From Haplodiscus bocki (Eukaryota): a stretch of DNA of 64,000 nucleotides. Location of the stretch: NCBI GenBank assembly GCA_965655095.1, contig OZ296648.1, forward strand, positions 159,836,001 to 159,900,000, read 5' to 3'. This document shows, one piece after another, positions 61,180 through 64,000 of the stretch (the stretch's first letter is position 1; every line of letters starts with the position of its first letter). The notes beneath the pieces were generated by a model that searched no databases, had not been told where the DNA came from, and worked only from the letters and a program-made list of their open reading frames with translations. Both the position numbers and the translations under genes were made by a program.

Positions 61180-64000
61180 GTTGATTTTACCATTCCTATC
61201 AAAATTAACATTATTTTTTTTTTAATTTGTGTTTTATTAGTTTTTTCAAAATTACAATGAAAAAATTATCATGCTTAAATATATTTTTCTTCGTATTTTT
61301 GTTAATATTATTAATTTCATTTTTGTTGTGGTTTTTAAATTTATTCCTATTATGACAAAATCATTTTTAGCAAATTTTTGTTTCATTGTCAATAATAAAA
61401 CCAAATCAAAATGAAGTATTGTTATCATAATTGTTAGTTTGACTGTCATTAAAATCACTATAAATGCTATCGTAACTTTCAATGTTTTATTACTATCACT
61501 AAATTTCTGTTTTTTTAAATATTATCATTCTTTCAATTACTGATTTTCTTTTTCACTATTGTTTTTTTTTGTTTTTACTGATAATATTTTTAATTTGTCA
61601 ATTTTTACATTGAAAACTGTTTTAATAACGTAATTGTTTCTGTTAGTACTAGGCTTGTTCTTTTTCCCAACTCCTATTTTTTTTCATTTTCCCTTGTATT
61701 TTTATTATTTTTCATGATGGACTGTTTTCTTCAATAAATTTTTCTGAAATTATTCAAATTTTTGAAAAGATTTTTGCTTTCTTTTATCCAATTGAATCTC
61801 GTTTTTCATACACATGCAGCAAAATGTGGGGCCTACAAGTTCCTATTCAAAATCTTTCAAACAGCATGTTGTTTAACCATACGAAAAGGACCTCCAACTT
61901 AACTAAACGTTTTTAGATTACAGACTGATACAATGTAGAAGTTTGGTCAAGCTAACCTTTTTATGTTCAGTTTGAATTGAATGAGACCATAAGAGAAACG
62001 TGAACATCAATCAAGTATCAAACAAGTATTTATGAGACTTGGCGAGTAATGGAAGCTGTGAGCACAGCCTTGCAAATGGTCGATCGGTTCCATTTCGAAT
62101 TTTTTTGTGGTTTTAGCAAAAATGGCAATGGTTGAAGCGTCTGAAAAAACAAAAAACAATCGATGAGGAAAAGGTCGTTTTTTGTCAACATGGACGAAAA
62201 CACTATGTAAGACCTACATCTGGTTGGGGTCGAAGTCCAATCACCACAACGTGCAGCATCTTTGGCTGATCAAAAAGCTGTCCCGTTGAAGAGTTGTTTG
62301 TTCAGCGCTCCGTTTTTTTAAGGTTCTGAGTAAAATCTGATCGCCAATTTTGTACAGACGCCTTTTCAAATAAAGAGTGCAACTGGTAGAGAAGTTTGTT
62401 TTTACATCAAATCATCCCTAGTGTGGGGGTTCTCATTTTGTTGAGTTGACCGAGCCCTGGAGGAAAAGCATTACTCCAGACCAACTGCTGCAGGAGAAGG
62501 TAAACTGCTCAGTCTATTGATTTTTTTCCATTGTCAATAATCACTACTGTTTAAAAATTTGTTTCACTCTGAAGGTTTGCATTTAATCTCTGACTTATAA
62601 GGCATCAGTCAAAACACAAGAAGTTAAGGACCAAATTGTGAAAGTCAGTTTTTTTTCGTCTTCATTGCTGCCGGGACGAGACATGAATTGTATTGAATTG
62701 GGCTGGCAGAGACGACGAAAGACCCGTAATGTACTGGGTTTAAATATCTTTTCTGAACTTCGCAAAAGTTTGCAGAAAGCTGTGACTCGAATATTTGCTG
62801 CTGGGGCGGGGGTATTTTACGTAGGTAACAGATTATAGGGAGGCCCCCATACTGTTTCACTTTTTTGAACAACTTGTTGCTTCCAAAAATCTGAGCAATT
62901 TCTGTCTTTTTGACTTCGGAAATGCTTGTTCCACACTTAATAGGTTTCAAACGTTTTCACGCTGGAGAGAAAAAATCCAAACTTTGGTGCAAAGCTATTT
63001 ATTCATTTTTGCTGCTCTATGCATCTAAAATAAACATGTTCCCGAGTTACATGTTTGAAAATAAATCTTAAGAAATTGACCTTCGAAAAGAAAGTTTTTT
63101 TTTTTAAAAAGGGACAAATACCCAGAAAAAAGTCCATCTCTGAAAAAACTTAGTGTCAAACCTACTCTTGGCTTTCTGTGGACTACTTTGAAGTAAATAA
63201 ACGAGGCATCGTCAAACGCGGGGTTCATTCACAGGGACAAATAACAGAGACTTTTATGCGGTTTTCCGTAGTTCCCGCCTGCCCTAACGGTGAATTGTCC
63301 CCAAAACTGGAAACGGAGAACTTTGAACTTTTCAAAACTTTCAACGGAAAACTCTCAAATTTTAAATACTGTTGGAGTCTTCTGCTCGTCAAATATATGA
63401 AATGTTCTGGTCGGAATCTTCTTAAACAATTTAAAGAATTCTGAAAACATATTACACCCAAAAAACCGCGTTTTCCTTTTTTGAAAATCGAAAATCGTTA
63501 CTTGTGAGAAACGGAACATGAATTTTATCAATTTTATCAGGCTTTTTTTGATTCGTGGTCCGAGCTCCTTCCTGCGTAACATAATTAGTTGCTTTTCTAA
63601 CTTGTTCGATAGGTTTGAAACAAAAACAGTTTTATCAGATCCGGCATCGAGTTTATATCTGTTGCAAACAATTAACAGAAAATTTCCCCTGAGATTCTGA
63701 GAAATACTGCGTTATGTATACAATGTAGTGATTTGGCACGATGTTTTTTGAGACTTGTCGACACCGTTTCTCGGAACAAACAACAGTCCTCTAATTGCAG
63801 TTTATGAATTGATTTTTCTGTAGGTAACACTTGCACACAGGTCTCTTGCGAGTGTTTTTCAACCCATTGAAGCTCCATGTATGTTGGGAGGTCTTCAAAA
63901 TTCTCACTTCTTAACTTTGCACAATTTTAGAAAATCAAAACGAAAGCAAAAAAACTCGATCGTGGCTATCTTGTTCAACAAATTTCATCACGATCACCAG

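Larger units (their letters stand above)
59260..61640. repeat. Degenerate (ATT)n low-complexity tract interrupted by the MULE
   Basis: attattatt-rich sequence on both sides of 59874-61179. Confidence 0.75.

Overview
AT-rich, repeat-dense eukaryotic (metazoan-like) genomic DNA; the taxon cannot be established from the window, and most ORFs in the track are incidental. Main content: (1) The 3' part of a glycogen debranching enzyme gene (AGL) on +, rebuilt by hand as 10 phase-consistent exons (14391-32804, ~608 codons) covering the amylo-alpha-1,6-glucosidase half. I found no exon for the N-terminal transferase half in the 14 kb upstream. (2) A highly divergent calmodulin-like gene on the same strand (~1642-4414) with degenerate EF loops; two of its junctions align best to calmodulin if non-canonical intron ends are used. 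(3) A spliced minus-strand pseudogene-like locus for a Cys/LRR-like, possibly GPI-anchored protein (49794-52979). (4) Many mobile elements: a decayed CR1/L2-type LINE, two Mutator-like elements with exact 9-bp TSDs (one with a FLYWCH remnant and a possible captured exon, one inserted into an AGL branch-point motif), TA-flanked MITEs, LTR-like pieces, HINE-like elements with ~118-bp arrays, and a dispersed family carrying ~178-bp satellite-like arrays. No rRNA, intact tRNA or CRISPR array was seen. All coordinates and alignments are by eye; no searches were run.
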